DNA of 61,495 nt, counting the filler, from Choristocarpus tenellus KU-1152 (Eukaryota; Protista; Phaeophyceae): the NCBI GenBank assembly GCA_964200185.2. It is 5 parts of 5 records of this genome, joined end to end, with 100 filler letters (N's around TTAATTAATTAA, not from the genome) between each part and the next. Parts side by side here need not be neighbours in the genome. Positions count along the whole stretch, not along the records: positions 1 to 12,047 come from CAXNAD020002009.1; positions 12,148 to 41,288 come from CAXNAD020000113.1; 3 more parts are not named here. One strand, written 5' to 3'. Every line of letters begins with the position of its first letter. Within the stretch, counting starts at the first letter, position 1. Shown piece by piece: positions 1-13,179 of the stretch. A model generated the notes under the pieces. The model was not told the origin of the DNA. It saw only the letters and a list, made by a program, of their open reading frames with translations, and made no database searches. Both the position numbers and the translations under genes were made by a program.

Positions 1-175
1 AAAATATCTGGGGGGAAAGAAGGGGGTCTACACCAGGGTGTCAATTTGCACCAAAATAAGGAAAAATGCATTTGCATTATCCATCTGACGTATGCAACCA
101 AATCACCCAAAAATCACAACATGAAAAAATTGACCCCATACGGACAGCCGCCACCCCCCCCAGATACTTTGAGCC
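1..175. mobile_element. MITE family A copy (~180 bp; TIR core AAAGTATCTGGG...CCCAGATACTTT), left end cut by the window edge
   Basis: Shares TIR and internal motifs (ggtctacaccagggtgtc, aaaagtgca, atccatctgac) with copies at 2521, 43423, 58176 and 61390. Confidence 0.85.
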
Positions 176-868
176 ATGAGATCGAGAATGGAGAAGTTAG
201 CACTGGTATCAACTACTGTGTGTGGTGGTCATATTAGACTACCAGCTTCTGAGGCATCTAAAAACAAAACAAAACGAAAAACAACCTTCAAGAACTTCCT
301 TGCATACCCTGTCCTTTCTGTTTCTAAAAAAATCTGGATTTATTTTTTTAGAAACAGTTCAACACGTAGCCCGTCTCCTGGAACTCTTAATAAATAAAAA
401 TACAAGCGGACAGAACACAAAAAGAATTCACAAAAAAATAGGAAAGTAATGAAAAAGAGACCCCATAGTGGTGGATCCTAGCAATTCAATGATATGATAC
501 ACATACACAAGACAATCGGTGTCGAAGATTTGCTTCAATTCAAAATAATTAAAATAATTCATTCTCTTGTACATACATGTCCATTCAAACAGAGCACAAC
601 AAAAGTTACATAGAGCCAGTGCAGCACTTTATTTCTATTCCTATTATTAAATTATTATCATGTTCAATAAGGTTTTTCGATTCACAACACCAACGACAGC
701 ACGTTCAAAGAGCCACTTACATCAATTCGCTCTATGAAACAGCTAATTGACAGAAAACTAACAACAAAAATATGGCCCCCCTAACCTAATTGCCACAGAG
801 CGTAAAGAATAGGGTGGCAGCGGGGGAGGGGGGGACAAGGTAATTGAAAATTTGCTCCACCCACCCAC

Positions 869-2055
869 CTTATCCAAAAGAATACTTCCCTGCGATTGCA
901 TCAGGCGAAGACTTCCATGCAGCTCCTCCCCAAGGTTGATGGGCACAGAGGGCCCCTCCATGACCTCTTTGTTGGACAATCGACCCGCCAGCATCTTTCC
1001 CATGAAGGATGATCCTTCCCTCTTCTTCTTCTCACGCAAGGCAGTCACTGATTGTCGCCGTTCATCTTGTGCCGCCTCTGTCCTAACCACATCCTTCAAG
1101 ACCATATCCACCCTGAGGATAATTCCATTCAATGAAGCCGGGTTCAGGGTCAAGGGTGCCAGAGAGGGAAATTTGGGGTGGGGGTGGCAGTAGGGGTGGG
1201 TACAAAGGTACATACAAAGAGCTGCACTTTTTTACACTTTTCAAGCAAACGTTTTCGATGTCACCAGTACTATCATTGACTGAACACGCCTACACTGCCT
1301 CCATTATATACAAAAGACTATGATCATGCTGATTCAAGACAAAAGGGCTCAACATAACACGCCTATGCTCATAGTCTACATTTCGAACCTGTCCTGCAAC
1401 GGATAGCACCAGGACGACTTCCTGGTTAGGGTTAGGGTTAGGACGACTTCCTGGTGCTATCTCCCCGCACTTAAATCATTAAAATCAAATTTTGCATGAT
1501 ATCAATAGAACCTGGTCGTTCTAACCACAACTTCAGCCAGCGCTATATAGGTAATTGCCCTTTCATCTCACAGTTCGTCGAACTGTAATCCCAAAAGTTG
1601 CTCATCTTCCCCCCCCAAAACAAAGATCAACAGTATAATTGGATCCATATGATGTCATTGATGCTTAACGCCAAAGGTACACAACACTATACAATAATTA
1701 CACACTCTTGCCTATTGCTGTTGTGTTTGGTGTATTCTTTGTAAAATACAGTTCTTATTCCTTCAATTTTAAAACGTTTCTTTTTTCATTGGATTCCTAG
1801 GACTTAAAATATAAAAAAACGTAATATGAGCTTACATTTGGAAAAGATGTACCCAGAAATTGTTCTGAAAAATATGGGACTGAGGGTAGGGGGGTGTAGA
1901 CCGACAAGAAGGAACAGAATTGGTGGATTGATGGCGTTGGACTGAAAACGAGACAAGGTAGTCTAATAAAAAAAGAAAACCGTTTTTAAAACCGGAGGTC
2001 ATCCCGAAGAGTTACATGCATAAAGGAACAGACTTATGGGGGACAGAGGGAGGAG

Positions 2056-2089
<34 letters not shown>

Positions 2090-5000
2090 TACTGCCAATG
2101 AACCTTTTCTCAGTCGTACAGTAACGTCACCTACACCCTGAACCCTAAACACACTCACAACAACAATTGGTATTATGATTGTACCACAGTCAGGTCCTAC
2201 TGTACTATTGCTGATTGTTACAAACATGATTCATACATGTCCCTAGTGTAGAAATCTGTAGTTCATTCTCAGGGTGAAATACAAAATCCAATTGCTCCAC
2301 TGCGCCCTCTCCCTCCCCCCTTGTTGGTCGACCGCCATCGACACTTTAGACAAAATCACAATGCCAGTTGCCTAAGTCAAAGAGTCTCCTTTGAGGGTGA
2401 TCAAACATACACTAAACACAGGGAACACCTGTCAGGCATATTTATTATTATTCTGTTCTCACAGCAATACTTCGACCTACATATTTATTATTCTGGTGTG
2501 TAAAGCACATATATATATATGGCTAAAAGTATCTGTGTGTGTGTGTATGGCAACTGTCCATTCGGGGCCCATTTTTCAATGTCGCGATTTTTCGATGAAT
2601 TTGGTTGTAAGCATCGGATGGATAAAGTAAGTGCACTTCTCCTGGTTAGGGCCTGAACGGACACCCTGGTGTAGACCCCCCCCTCCCCCCCTCCAGATAC
2701 TTTGAGGTATATATTGAACAGCAAAGGAATGCCCTCTTCCAAATCCAGTACCGATCACGTCTCAAAACTTGTAGATGAGGTTATCTTGAAGGATCTTAGC
2801 ACATGCCACGATACACCTACTTCACCCTAACCCTAAAATGGTACTACATACTATTAATTTATAATTTATTCATTAACAAAAATTTGTCTCGAATTCTATT
2901 CCCATCATATAACTGGATAACTTCATAGAGGCCGTTCTTATTGAATTCCTTCCCATCCCCCCCTCCCCACTTCTTTCTCTTCCCTTGGCATCAAACATAT
3001 GATGCATACACGTGTGAAACATTAAGTAGAACGGCCAACAGTTCACGTCTATCTTTCTTGCCTGCAGTGAGAGAATCAACGTCTTTCTTGCCCATCCATC
3101 CCATATCCATCCCATAGATCGACCCTTGGCTTCCTCACCATCAGAAAAGACTCCCAGTGTTGTGTGAAAGCATCCTTTTTTTTGTGCACTACAATGAAAA
3201 AAACCCCATTGAAACACACTATCAAAACATTGACCCAAGAGGTTTAAAGAAGGAGTCGACCAATCAGGCTGCAACTCCTCCAAAAAATAATATTATTTTC
3301 GCACTGATGCAGAGAACCATCCCAGAACCTTACCCTGTGTTCCCAACTACCAACCAACTACCGATTATCAACAGGAAGAATGCTAACTACCAACCAACTA
3401 CCAACCTCGCATGGAATTGATCCCTCATAACACATCCTCAACACTTCAATGCACATTACGGACACAACATATGTTACACCACATACCAAGTTTTCTTCAT
3501 GTGTGTTTGAATATTGAAGGGCGCAACACAGCATTGATCTTTTCATGATCTTCAGTTCTGGAACAATTCCAAAAATCAATATTTGAATATTGAAGGGCTG
3601 TCTCAAGAAGAACAAAGCGGAAAGAGTCGCTCAGTTCTGTATGCAGTAGCTGGTCAGGAGTAAGAATCCCCCCCCCCCCCAACGATACAAATCCACTACC
3701 ACAAACGCTGGTGCCAACACCTGCAAGAGAGATCTCAACTGTACAAACACTCAAGTCATCAAGTCATCGAGATCTCGCCCTCTTACAACTCCTCTACACC
3801 CGAGCATTTTCCAAGACAGAAGCCTTTCTTCTTCTTATACTATAAAAAAAGAAAATGAAACCGAGATCCAAATTATTTATTTATTTATATATTTTTTTGG
3901 TGTGCTTACAAAAACCGCTGCGTGTAGGAATCATGGATAAAAAATAACAATAGAATGAACAGTGATGCAGCGATACACCAACAGGAAGGGCTACTACTAC
4001 TACTACTACTACAGGACACCAAACACAGCGGGTCCCAACCTACTCGAACAATCAAGAGCATTTGGTCCTCGTTGTACTCATTGTGACAGCGAGGGTATGC
4101 ACAAGCACGGCAATGCAAACTACGCCATTGTCTTGTCTTGTTTTCATGATACCCATACACTTTACACAACTCAGCCACGATTCTATTCTCAGATTCTCTG
4201 CCTTGGTCAGAGCGTATTGTCCCAGGAGGACCAACGATAACAACCAATGCAATGAAGCACTGAAGAAGCTAGGTCACACAGGGAGGGGCTTGGTTCAACC
4301 CCCCCCAACCTCCCCCAACCCCCCTGACATATTACAGACAGAAAAACTGCGTACGCAACGCCATCCACTATCCGTAGTATAGTATTGTATAGTATAGTAT
4401 AGTATATGATGCGCACCTGCCGACACTCTTCAATAAGTCCTTCTTGGCTCTCTTCTTTGCAAGTTGCAATGCCGCCTCCTTCACTCGCTTCTGCTTGTTT
4501 CGCTGTGCCCTGGTTAGCTTACCCACATGTTTCCTCCTGCTGCCAGTAGCAGCAGCAGGAGCATCATCATCATCCTCCCCATTCCCTCCTCCCCCGCCTT
4601 CTTGGTCCAATTCATCAGAGGAGTCTTTACCGTCATTGTCACCCTTGATTGGGATCAGGTCGATCCATGGGATCAGAGGAGTCACGACGGTGTCATTGCT
4701 TGCAAAATGCAAGCGTGGGATTGCTTTTCCGTGCCACCCACACCTTTCTACACAATTAAAAAATAAAAATCAAATTTACAAAAAAACAGACATGAAACAA
4801 AAAAACAGACTCATGCATTTTCTGAAATAGACGCACGTGTGTTAAGGACAGGAATAGACTTTTGAAATAGACTTGTAAATCCATCGCAAGTTGAAAGTTA
4901 AAAAAAAAGTCAACATCAAAAGGAAGAACAGAGACCAGATTATCAGGTTCTCAAATATCTGGGCATTGACTAGTCTTGAGGGCATACTCTACCATGTATC

Positions 5001-8000
5001 AATTTGATACCAGAAAAAAATCAAAAGTATATTTTAGGTCAATTGATCCAGTTCATCAGCTCTGTAGCACTTTATAGAATCATACTATCGCTCGATAGTG
5101 CCATGGTTGGGGTTATCCTCCCAGAATCAGCCTTTGTTTCTTCCTCAACCTCCTCCCATAGGGACCCCACAGCGAGCACAATTCAGGACAAGCAATTCTT
5201 TTATTTTTTCCCCTCTTGACTGAACGAATTTTGCAATCAGTATTTCAATAGAACCGATTATTGAGTACCTGGTTGTGCTCCCGGAAACCCTATCAAAACA
5301 GCAGATAAGGCAGGAAAATGTAAAACAAAACATCCCTCAGTTTGACAAACTGTTCTGACCGGACCTTATTCTAGCTAACCACCTGTAGGTACCCAAACCT
5401 TTTTTCTTTTTTTTCCTTCCAGTTCAACTTGATTTATCGGATACGCCAGGTGCCATTTAAATATCGCTCAAGTATGACACAACTCAGGGTCACAACTCTC
5501 TGTGTGATGACACAACTATTTAAATATCCCCACACACGTAGCAGCCGCATTGCAGCTCTAACCCTAACCCTAACTGACCAGACTGTTTCTTACCTTCATC
5601 CCGTAGTTTCTTCTTATTCTAAAATCTCCTTCCATTCAACGCCTACCGCTGTTTCGTAAGTATAAATATTGGTGATGAGGTAAGGCTAGTAGTGTCAGGT
5701 ATAGACTTGGTATAGACTTTCATCAGGATGCACTATAAAAAAGGGTGGTATATACAAAAATATATACACAATGTGAACAGGACAGAACAGGGTGTACCAC
5801 ATTATGTATATACAAAAATATAATATCACAGGAGTTTGACACCTCTGCATCAAGCACTACAAATCCAGCACCCCCCCCTCCCTCCCCCCCACAACTGCCC
5901 CTATGTCCCCTGCTCTTACAGTTATCAAAGCCAGTGTTGCAGCAGACATCCCTTTTGAAATGGGCTGAGCCTCTTCCTTTGCTGCATCCTGCCTTCGCAG
6001 CTCCACAGCCACCGCCTGTGCAAGGACATCATCGTGGTCCTCTACTGTGGGGTTGTACGACTGCCCTGGGAGACACACGTCTGTCTTTGTGTCAGGGATA
6101 CATGGTTTCTGCTTTGCCAGGGAGATGGGAGAATGGGGAGGGGGGATGAGGGGTAGAGAAAAACAGTGTGAGGATTTATTTAAAGAGGATGGGTCCTAAC
6201 CCTAACCCTTTATTTCAATTTTTCCCTTCTATTAAAAAGAAGTCCTGAGCCTAGATTTGGAAGACATAACATGGGGTTTGTTTTATTGTTATATATATTT
6301 TCTACACTTTTAAATGAACATATTTAACGGTGGGTTTTGTATGTCAATTAGTGATATTTGTATGTCAATAACATTTTTACCGGTCATTATAACCCCCCTC
6401 CCAAAAAACAAATTAGTGATACAGCTGTTGACTATCTTCCCAAGTATTTGGTACACACACAGCACTGGCGGAAAAGAGAAAAGTGACAACCACAGTATGA
6501 CTCTCTCACCTCCCACATTACTACCCCATCTACAATAATGTCCTGAAGAGGGGTAGTATATCCCTTCTTATAGATACCGTGTAGTCGATATGACAGCGTT
6601 GCTCATGGGGACAGGAGTAGCGTGGGTACTCAGGAAGTGCTTGGTGCTCAATCTTCCGTGGTAGGTGGACATAATGACAAAATGTATCCTACCATTATGC
6701 GTGACTGTGCAGTATGTATGAACCTTCCACTCCCCTTGTTCATCTCTCTCACACACTTCAATCCTTCCAATGTAGTTGCCTACAACTAACTATTCAGTAG
6801 TGACATACAACCTAATCTACTCCAAGCCCAACGTCAATACTAACACACTTATACCTGTGACTTGGTATGCCTCCTACCCCCTGTCCTCCAACAAGGCATC
6901 AAAGTCACCAATGAACATGGGCGTTTCTGAACTAAATTTCTCCTTCTATCTCTCGCCTTCAGTGTTTAGGCTGGCTCTCTCCAATAAAAAACAAACTTGA
7001 TCTGTGAATTGATCGTGTGGGGGGGGCACATGTTCATCAAGAAAGATTCCTAATGCAGTGAAAGACAGGCCGTCAAGAGACCAGGCCCACATTGTATTCC
7101 CACAAAGAATGCCAGTACTAATAATACCCTTACCACTAGATACATAAATACATTCAACGTAGCCTTTGTGAAATGAAATTGGAGACGGACCCAGTGCGAC
7201 CATCCAAACAATTATCCAAAGAAATGCATCTCAACCACCCTATTGCCCACCACCACTCACTGGTCGTTTCCTGCCCATTCCGAGTTTTCTAGGAGGGGGT
7301 ATAAAGTTTCCGTCTTCTTCTTCCTGCCCCTTCCCAGTCGATTCCTTGGCCCATGGGTCATATGCAGCCTGCCGTGGCACAGCTGAGCGGCTCTTGGAGC
7401 CTGCCCCCTGAGCCATAATCATCTAGAAACGAGTTATGTTGATGGTGAAAAATAAGTTAGTGGGCGTGTGTGAGATGTCTAGTTCTGTGTTGTACTATGT
7501 GCGAGTGTGCTGTACATGGATTTTCAAAGGCACCTGAGACGTTCAACCCATGATAAACACCTGTCATGATAATCTTGCGTAACAAATTTAAGGATAAGTA
7601 GGATATGGCAAAAAATTATCCAAACCTCCTAATAAACTATAGTATTGTATCTTAAATCCTTCTATGCTTACCACTCGAGGGAATACTGTGTGCAAAGTAA
7701 GGATACATTTAAAATCTCCATGACTCAGTGGCAATCAAGCGCATACAGCAACACCCCTGGGAGGGTCCCAGGACAAGAATTCCCGTTTTGTCTTCTTACC
7801 AGTCCAAAGAAATAAACGAGCAGGAAAGGGAAATCCAGGACTCGAACATTCAAGTACATATCTATGGCCATCTATGCAACACGTGTTACACTGGTCAGAA
7901 GCATCGACAAACGTAGCCCGAGCCTGTGAGGACTACAGCTACGGCTAGTACCTCGTTGCCGGACAAGACAGTGGAAAACATAACTTATGCAAGGCACACC

Positions 8001-8608
8001 TTCCCCATGTATTTCTCCACCAGCTTCTGCTCATTTTTGGACGGTTCCCGCTCTGCTTTAGCTTCCTTCTTGAGCTTCCTCCGTTTCCGACTAGAGCCTG
8101 TGTAAGGGCAGCAAGTTCTACACCTGTGTCACAGACTTACAGCATGACTTGATCTCGTACACACATACACATACACACGCGCTCGTGCGCGACCCCAATT
8201 TATTCGCATGATCGTATACCAAGCAGGTTCTTGTCGAATCTCGCATACCTATCTCGACCAAGAAACACTTTCTCCCCCCTATATCTCGTTGAGCGAGGAC
8301 CACCACAATGTTTAACCTAATACAGCAAGGAATCCCGCAGCAAGCTCTCTATCGGTGAAGATGACAATGAGAACGCCACCCTAAGTCACTGGTCAGATCA
8401 AAATCTAACGTAATGTAGTGACATTTCGGAATAGCGTCTGACTATATTCTTTTTCACCTACACTATCCAGGAAGAAAAGTTCATGGTCAGGCTTGTTCTT
8501 CAAGATATCCTTCTTCCGGGCAACCTCTTGTGCAGCTGTGAGCTCCTCAACAACCTCGTCTTGCCGAGCCTTCACAGTCCTGCTTCTCTTGCCTGATCGG
8601 CGCCCCAT
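869..8608 (-). CDS. NOP53: Ribosome biogenesis protein NOP53/GLTSCR2 (spliced; last exon not found in window)
   Basis: Phase-consistent GT-AG exons: 8608-8458, 8097-8000, 7422-7261, 6108-5920, 4643-4417, 1112-869. Motifs ELFFLD (N-terminal Mtr4-binding AIM-like), PGQSYNP, KLTRAQRNKQKR and EELHGSLR are typical of Nop53. Confidence 0.9.
1402..1461. repeat. Interstitial telomeric insertion (TAGGGTTAGGGTT) flanked by a 16-bp direct repeat, inside a palindrome
   Basis: AGGACGACTTCCTGGT occurs at 1411-1426 and 1440-1455, around the insert at 1427-1439. Confidence 0.9.
2521..2708. mobile_element. MITE family A, full copy with ATAT TSD, in a NOP53 intron
   Basis: atat-GGCTAAAAGTATCTG...CCAGATACTTTGAGGT-atat. 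The flank is an (AT)n run, so the TSD is weak evidence on its own. Confidence 0.8.
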
Positions 8609-8910
8609 GATAGGGTGGAGAAGGGTTCGGGCTGTAGAAGGAAGCCAACGGCGACTACAAGATCAGAGGCACACGAAGCTCACGTGCTATCTTCAGACAC
8701 AGCAACAGCAAGCCAAGAGTACACGTCTCAAAGTTGAAACTGAGAGTTTGGGAAGTGTGATGGGTGGCAGTCCAGTTCTCGGCTGAACTATTCCCAGAGA
8801 TTATCCCGTGTCAACCCGTGGGGGAATAAAACACACTGGTCCATAAGTTTTTTCCATGTAATGTAGCAAACACCTCTACACAACATTGTTTAAGATAGGG
8901 CCCCTAACTC
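8609..8910. promoter_or_regulatory. Probable bidirectional promoter, NOP53/TAF2
   Basis: The two start codons diverge about 300 bp apart. Confidence 0.6.
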
Positions 8911-11182
8911 ATGGAGTGCGACTCAGGGATCCTGACCCCACTCTACCAGGTAGACAAAATCTTGCTAGATGTAGAAACTGAATTCAAGATGATTTCGTCG
9001 ATTTTGTCTGCATCAACAACCATTGTAAAAATTTGTACGATCTTGAGAGGCACCTCACTTTCACACTACTATTGTCAAGTGTGGCCACTGGTTAACGTCG
9101 TAACGGTGTGATTGATGTGATTGATGAACATGAATATAAAGAAATTTTTCCTTGGGCTCCATCGCATGCTGAGCCTTCCCAACAGAGCTTTGTGCAATTT
9201 AATTACCCCCGCCTGCTGCAACAGACCTTGAACATCTCGGTGGACTTCACCACCTGCAGTGTGAAGGGGAAGACGAGTTTATGGCTTCGACACTACCGTG
9301 GTGACGTGGGACTTTCCCACATCTTCCTCCATTGTAGGCAATGTAAAGTCGAATCGACCAAATTCAACGGCTCCCTTGCTGCGCCTAAGCATCTGGACGC
9401 CCTCGAAAAGGTCGTGTATCCCAACTACATGGATGCAGAGAGCTTTGACACGATTTACAGGTGTGCAATGTGATAGGTCTTGGTTGGTAGAATGCGAAAA
9501 TATTATTCGGCAATAGTGCTGCGTTTAGGCGCGCAAACATGAATCATGTCTGCCTACCTCGCTGGAGGTCCTCCCGAAATGTTTGGCATTCGTTGTATCC
9601 ATTTAGCGACTAGCTGATGTGTCGCACTGTCTTGTAGATAGGGAATCCCCCGTAGTTTCGCGTTCTTTATGCATTGCTCTATTGATATACTAGGAGTATT
9701 GCAGGCGAAAATGTTCAATCCAGGAACAAAACGCTGCCCCTGGATGAGGTTGCCCTGTCAAGCCTAGTCCAAGCTCCATGTCTGTTACCAACCCTCCCAT
9801 CCCTTCGTTAAGTTCACCTAATAATGAACTTATTCAAAATCCACACCCATCCAAAAATGGACCAACTGATGTATACTACTGATACAAGTTTTGATGCTGT
9901 GTGATAGCGGCTCCTACCTTGCCCATACATTCTCTTTTCACATCCATCTCGTGCGTGTGGCAGGTCTCTTCTCTGGGCCAACGCGCAGGACAACTCTGGC
10001 GAGTTGCGGATATACGTACCTAGTAATGCTAATAGGGTTCCCGAGTTACCCCCAGGTATATGCCCACGAGTAGAGACACATTCTTGGCATGTACCTCAAC
10101 TGCATGCCATAGTGGGTTGGTGTCACTATTTTCGCATTGTGGTCCAGTAGAACAAAGCGCGTTGTTGTCAACCCCCATGCACCTCACCGTCCTCTGTCCC
10201 ACTACTACACTTCTCTCTAGCCCTAACCCTGATGTCAAACCTAATGCTATCTTTGTGTGGTTGCTACTGGCACTACACCTACATACACCCCACACCTTTT
10301 CAACTTTGTGTTATTTCAGTGCTACCAAGGAATGCTCCCCCTGCAGCTAGGGCAAGGAGAGATGCAACAGTGCGAATGATCCTCAAGACAGAACAGGCAG
10401 AAGCAGCAAGGAAGAATAAATCCAAAGGGGGTGGGGCGGGGGGGAGACGAGACTCATTAGCCAAGGTGTGCTAGAGTGTATGGGATGGGACAGGAGGGGT
10501 GGGGAGGGAAAGGGGGATTGTGTTATATTCAAGATTTAGCTTTTAATACAGGAGGGTCATGTTTTGCACATTTTTTCTATTTTGGCTCTGATATGAGAAA
10601 GAGACATTATTGGGTTGGATGTACCAAAGACAGAGGGGCAGGTAGGCAACATTGGTTTTTTGTTGTTGGGGATTACACTTTGCCTATAATTATTGGTAGC
10701 CTCAACTTCTTGCCTTGCCCTTTTAATTTTAAAGGTTAGGGTTACCAAGGAGAGATAACAAGGTTTTTGAGATGCAGTTCATAAATATCATGGCAAACTC
10801 AGGATTTTTTTCTGTAATTTTGTGATGCTCTTCTATATGGGAAATATGGATTGCAATGTTTATGGTAATGCATTGTGTACCTTTCATCATAGCACAATTT
10901 CTGTGTGATGAAAAGAATATTCTTCTTACACCTGTACTCAAAAATGTTTTTCAACATTGAGGAAACAGACACAAGCACAGACACAAGGAACACACACACA
11001 CACATTAGACATGCCTCTTCCCCTTGATTGTGCTGCCGCTGCCCCCAACCTGATCACACATCACAAAGGTAGGGGGCAGGGAGGGTGGTGATGATGACGA
11101 AGAGGATGAGGATGAGGCAAGGGTGGTGGTGGCGACGGCTGCAAGAGCAGCTGCTGCTGCTGTGCGTGAGGCGAATGCTCGG
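8911..11182 (+). CDS. TAF2: TFIID subunit TAF2, N-terminal part (truncated by contig end)
   Basis: Exons 8911-8949, 9186-9460, 9964-10055, 10320-10465 and 11069-~11182 are phase-consistent. Translation LQQTLNISVDFTTCSVKGKTSLWL...IFLHCRQCKVES...FNG...DNSGELRIYVP fits the M1-aminopeptidase-like N-terminus of TAF2. Confidence 0.75.
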
Positions 11183-11418
11183 GTGGTGTGTGTGGAGGTG
11201 TGTTGAGGTTGCAACCAGGTGGAATTACCTATTTTTTCTTCTTGGGGTTAACACTTTTTACTTTTTTTTCGATGGCGTTTGTGATGGAGGTTAGATATGC
11301 CAATTGAAGCGCTTACCTATATAGGTAGAGAGATAAGGACTGGAGTTCTTTAAGAAGTGTACTTGTTTCCTCAGCCTGTGGAGAGGTATGAATCCATCAA
11401 TGTGTGCGGTAGTGGAAC

Positions 11419-11685
11419 GACATTCATCGTAACGTGTGCCATTGTGCCTCATATCATACATCACTACAGAGCGCCACAGAGCTTTGTACCTTTGACTATA
11501 TGCAAACGAAGACATTCATCATAATGTGTGCCGTTGTGTCTCATATCATACATCACTACAGAGCACCACAGAGCTTTGCACCTTTGACTATATACAAACG
11601 AAGACATTCATCATAATGTGTGCCGTTGTGTCTCATATCATACATCACTACAGAGCGCCACAGAGCTTCGCACCTTCGACTATGT
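11419..11685. repeat. Tandem repeat, ~92-bp unit x ~3
   Basis: gacattcatc...gtgcc.ttgtg.ctcatatcatacatcactacagagc.ccacagagc repeated at a 92-bp period with no spacers. Confidence 0.9.
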
Positions 11686-12047
11686 GCTGTAAAGTTATTT
11701 ACTTTGGAGAATCACACAAGTAGGAGGTACAATCTGCTTCTGACTACACATGATACTTTTCAACTATTTTTCTTTTCTTTTTGGAACTGCACTTTCAAAA
11801 ATTAAGGTTCTAACACATTTGCTCAAGTTATTGCAGTTTGTTTCTTACGGATTGGGTCTGTTCGGTTGAGAGCTCTGTCCATGTTTGAACAAGAAGAAAA
11901 AGTGTTCTCATTTTTATTTGTGTGAATGGGGAGACATGTAATTGAATTGCATTTTGATATTAGTTTTTTGATATTTTTTTGACATTATTCTATTTTCGTT
12001 AGCCCCGTATTGTTTCACTTGCCTGTCATTTCTGGGGGCGGGGGCGG

Positions 12048-12147
12048 NNNNNNNNNNNNNNNNNNNNNNNNNNNNNNNNNNNNNNNNNNNNTTAATTAAT
12101 TAANNNNNNNNNNNNNNNNNNNNNNNNNNNNNNNNNNNNNNNNNNNN
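12048..12147. other. Artificial contig spacer (N44-TTAATTAATTAA-N44)
   Basis: Identical 100-nt spacers at 41289-41388, 53647-53746 and 58076-58175. Confidence 0.98.
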
Positions 12148-12148
12148 T

Positions 12149-12409
12149 ATTCTTATTCACTTTATCAATGATATATTGGAATTAAAGGGTAATGACCAAA
12201 TAGAGGGAGTAGAGTTTTTATGTCCAGTCCAAGATGCAGAAATAGCCTATAAAAAACAAAGCATTATTGATGTGCTCTGTCGTGATAAAAACGGAGTTTT
12301 GTTTATTGTCGCGATGCAAGTGGCTCCAATGAAAGGCTTTGAAAAAAGAGCGCAGTATTATGCAGCAAAAGCATATTCAAGACAAATCAACTCAGGACAA
12401 GAGGAAGGC
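12149..12409 (+). pseudogene. Fragment of a bacterial Rpn-family recombination-promoting nuclease / PD-(D/E)XK transposase, Rickettsiales-like
   Basis: ILIHFINDILELKGNDQIEGVEFL...EIAYKKQSIIDVLCRDKNG..FIVAMQVA..KGFEKRAQYYAAKAYSRQ matches the Wolbachia/Rickettsia-type Rpn signature. It is AT-rich and intronless, the conserved IVEMQ Glu is replaced by Ala, and similarity ends at ~12409. Confidence 0.9.
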
Positions 12410-13179
12410 TCATTAAAACCACTGCATTGTGCTCAACAAAGACCATAGTGGAAATAGAATTTGTATCAGCATCCACTACAGGAGAATCTACACAAAGTGA
12501 GAAAGTACTTGCCTACACCACAACAAAGGGGAAGCTTGTGATGGATTCCAATGTAGAGATTTTGTTTTCTTGGGAGTTAGTTGCTTAGCGTGTTTATAAC
12601 CACCTACGCAAATAGGAGGTACTCTCAAGGTCCTAGTAATGATGTACCAGAAAATGGTCAACATGTGCATGGGGGTAGAAAAGTGAGGTTGTCCTTTCTG
12701 TCTGTGCCAAATAAGCTCTTGAACGGGACAGTGGTGTGCAGTTCAACAATTAAGACGAGTCAAGGTTATCAGCACACCTTTTCCACATAACCTCAAACTC
12801 CATATCACACCATGCACACACCCCTAGATGTCCTTACATGATTCAATCCTAGGCTGGAAACCAGACAGGTTGAGCACAATTAATGATCAACAACATTGCA
12901 GCATTGACAGGTGCTTTCAAGAATAGAGAGTGCATATATATCATAGACCAATCCTCCTTCCAACTTCGGAAAAGCAACACTCAAAACCAAAGGACAGTGC
13001 TACAATAATAGGACAAAAAAAACTGTCGTTCTGGAACTCTCCTGAGCTCTCTCTAAGTCATGGCTTGTGTCAAAAATGCAAACCCTGCTCATCATCCCCA
13101 TCACATGTCACAACAGAGAATAGACAGCCAAAGATACTCACGGCAGGTAGATATGTTGAAGACCAAAACACCCACTACA

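Noticed and set aside
180-260. Candidate final NOP53 exon (MPQKLVV*)
   Set aside because: It lacks the conserved basic C-terminal Nop53 segment; the true exon is probably outside the window.
11419-11685. 92-bp repeats (also 75-bp at 49315 and ~57-bp at 33021) as CRISPR-like arrays
   Set aside because: Contiguous tandem units with no unique spacers, no cas genes, and a eukaryotic context.
12048-12147. TTAATTAATTAA palindrome within N runs (four times)
   Set aside because: Artificial stop-codon linker between contigs; adjacency across it has no biological meaning.
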